Source: Reclinomonas americana ATCC 50394 | Taxonomy: Eukaryota | NCBI GenBank assembly: GCA_048213135.1 | Contig: PS015156.1 | Coordinates: 3,318-57,415 of the forward strand | Length of the DNA stretch: 54,098 bases | Reading direction: 5' to 3' | Shown: positions 51,809-54,098 of the stretch, one piece after another | Position numbering within the stretch: the stretch's first letter is position 1 | How the letters are laid out: each line of letters begins with the position of its first letter | Made by a program: the position numbers and the translations under genes | Notes under the pieces: model-generated | The model's database searches: none | Seen by the model: the letters and a program-made list of their open reading frames with translations, nothing else | What the model was told of the DNA's origin: nothing

Positions 51809-53528
51809 TCACTGGTCACCATCCACAGCCATTCGCTGCACGCTGGGAATGCGCTTGCTCGGAGTACCGCCACTGCCTTCCGCGAGCATTGCAGGCGGGC
51901 GCAGCACACTGGCGGCAGCGGCGGCGGCAGCAGCAGCAGAGGCAGAGGCGGCAGGTGGTGGTCGCTCCACACTCCCCTCCCGGATCATGCGGACGATGCT
52001 GTTGCTGCTGGTAAAGACGAGGTTGCTGCGCAGGTATTGCGCGACCTGCGTGACAAGGTGAGACACGGGATCACCCGCCGCTTCACGCATCCCTCGCACT
52101 CACCGCCGCCGGCGCCGACTTCATGGCCAAGTTCTCGTGCAGCAGGCGCGGCTCGCTCGAGCCCTTCAGCAGCACCTTGAAGGCCACTTCGGCGCTGCCG
52201 GGCGCACCCTCCTCGCCCACGAGAGTGGCACCAATGACACGCCGAATGGTGCCTTCTTTCGTCTCGCCGTTGCCGTCGCGATACTGGGGCGAAAGGAATG
52301 TAAGGGGAAGGAAGGGTGGGTGTGGGTGGGCAAGGGACGCAACGAGGAATGGCGCAGGGGTGAGGTCAATGTGCTTGGTGATGATCACGGTGGAGGGGTC
52401 GATGAGGGCGGCAGGGGTGTCGACCTCGGCCTCCCATTGTGAGTCGTCGGTGGAGAGGTCGGACTGCGCGGAAGAGGGGAAGGGGGTTGAGGGAGAAAGA
52501 GGTGAAGGGGGTGAGGGGGGAGGGAATTTGGGTGGGGAAGGAGTGGAGGAAAGGGTGCTGAAAGGAAGGAGTATGAGCGAGAAGGAACTGGAGAGGTGAG
52601 GCACTTCTCTGCGCTCAGAACACGGTCCGGCGGCAGCGGATGAGAATCCATTCCAGCTGCCCACCTTTCCAAAACATGATCCAGCTTCCTCGCAGTCTCT
52701 TTATCTCTCTTTCTCTCCCCTTCCTCACTCCGTCTCCCTGCCCCCTCTCTGCCCTCCTTCTCACCGGTCGGTTCGTCGAAAACCTACGACGTTCCTTGCT
52801 GCCCGACGACGACGCACCATCGCTGGTGACTCCCTCCATCAGCCTCCGCTTCTTCTTCGCACTCTCCCCGTTGGCGTCGCGTACAGGTGTTGCGAGGTGA
52901 CGAACCGCGGTGGAGGGTGATTTCTGCAAAATGTGACAATAGCGGCATGTGAGAGAGATGGGGAGGAAGGGGTAAAGGGCGGTGGATGGAAGGGGAAAGG
53001 GGGAAGAGAGGAACGTGGAAGAGGGAAGTGAGGAAAGGAAACAAAGTTAGGTCGGGAGCAACAGAGGGGTGGAATGGGAGCGCAACAGAGAGACAGAGAG
53101 GCAGGAAGAGAGGAAGAGATGAAACGCCATGATCATGGACGCGCAGAAAGGAGAAGAAAGGAGTAGAGCGAGACAGCGAGCAGCAAAGAGATGGAAAGAG
53201 ATTGACATGGAAAGAAACAACAGCGAGTGTGCGTGTGTGTGTGAGAGAGAGTGAGAATGAATGCGACAGAGCTGAATAGGCAGTACGAGAGGAAAAGATG
53301 AAAAGGCATGAACATGGACGAGAGACGTGAGGAACAGGAAGAGAGTGAGAATGCAAGCAGCAAAGGGATGGAAGAGATTGAGATGGAATGAAAGAGAGTG
53401 TGTGTGTGAGAGAGAGAGTGAGGCACATGCAGTACGAGAGGAAGAGATGAACATGGACGAGGGAACTGAGCAATAGGAAGAGATTGTGACCGCGAGCAGC
53501 AAAAAGATGGAAAAAACAAGCACACACA

Positions 53529-53570
<42 letters not shown>

Positions 53571-53985
53571 ACGGAGAGTGTACGTGCAAGTGCGTGAGAC
53601 AGAGACTGATGGCCAGGCAGGGAGGCAAAGACCCACTCGACAACCAACTCACCTCTCCAACCAACACGTCACGCTTATCGCCCAACTCCTTCTTCTTCTC
53701 CTCCTCCGCCTCCATCTGCAGCACGACAAAAAGTCAGGCGCCACCCGCAAGTCATTCCCCTCTGCGAACAAGCACACACCAATGCGCGCTTCTTCATCCT
53801 GGCGAGCTTGCGCTTGTACTCCTCCAGCGCACCCTCGCAACCAATCAGGTTCTTCTCCGGCTCCCATGTGTCGCTGTCGGGTGAGTAGCCTGTTGATATG
53901 GTGTGAGGAATTAAAGGAGAAATGGAGAGAGATAGAGAGACGGGAGTGGAAACAGCGCACCTTTCCATCGTACTTTGTACTCCCA
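51809..53985 (-). CDS. HP1: HP1/Swi6-like protein (chromodomain, basic hinge, chromoshadow-like domain); 5' end beyond the window
   Basis: Chromodomain [33 protein letters not shown] (53985-53961 + 53889-53780). Hinge with KKKRR. Chromoshadow-like IRRVIGAT...VAFKVLLKGSSEPRLLHENLAMKSAPAAVAQYLRSNLVF (52283-52104 + 52045 onward). Stop at 51809. Confidence 0.75.
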
Positions 53986-54098
53986 CTGCGAGAGAGGGGA
54001 AGGGTGATAAAGAGAGAGGGTCAGTCTCGTGCAGGAGGTGTGTGTGTGTGAGAGAGAGAGAGGGAAGGGAAAGTGAGGGAAGTAGGGACTGAGTGAGT

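Overview
Gappy eukaryotic draft scaffold rich in introns and microsatellites. Zeta-tubulin and TTLL11 genes suggest a flagellated protist; I cannot name the taxon. Most ORF-track entries are low-complexity artefacts, so I rebuilt the genes by hand from GT-AG introns. In order: an acidic hypothetical protein (partial), a multi-pass membrane protein, zeta-tubulin (last exon on the opposite strand in a small gap-bounded contig), a PLP-dependent Ser/Thr dehydratase, a hypothetical protein and a TTLL11-like polyglutamylase. Next comes a ~19 kb tandem array of ankyrin-repeat / coiled-coil / IRAK-Pelle-type kinase genes (four full-length copies, two kinase-less derivatives, one remnant). After it lie a KH-domain / PLD6(Zucchini)-like nuclease fusion head-to-head with the array, a two-EF-hand protein and an HP1-like chromo/chromoshadow protein. 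Main highlights: (1) ankyrin variation among the array copies is concentrated at ligand-contact (DARPin-randomised) positions while the kinase is nearly invariant, with mosaic exchange between copies, which suggests a diversifying cytoplasmic sensor-kinase family; (2) the KH-HKD nuclease fusion; (3) frequent shifted-register GTTG(C/A)GT 5' splice sites.
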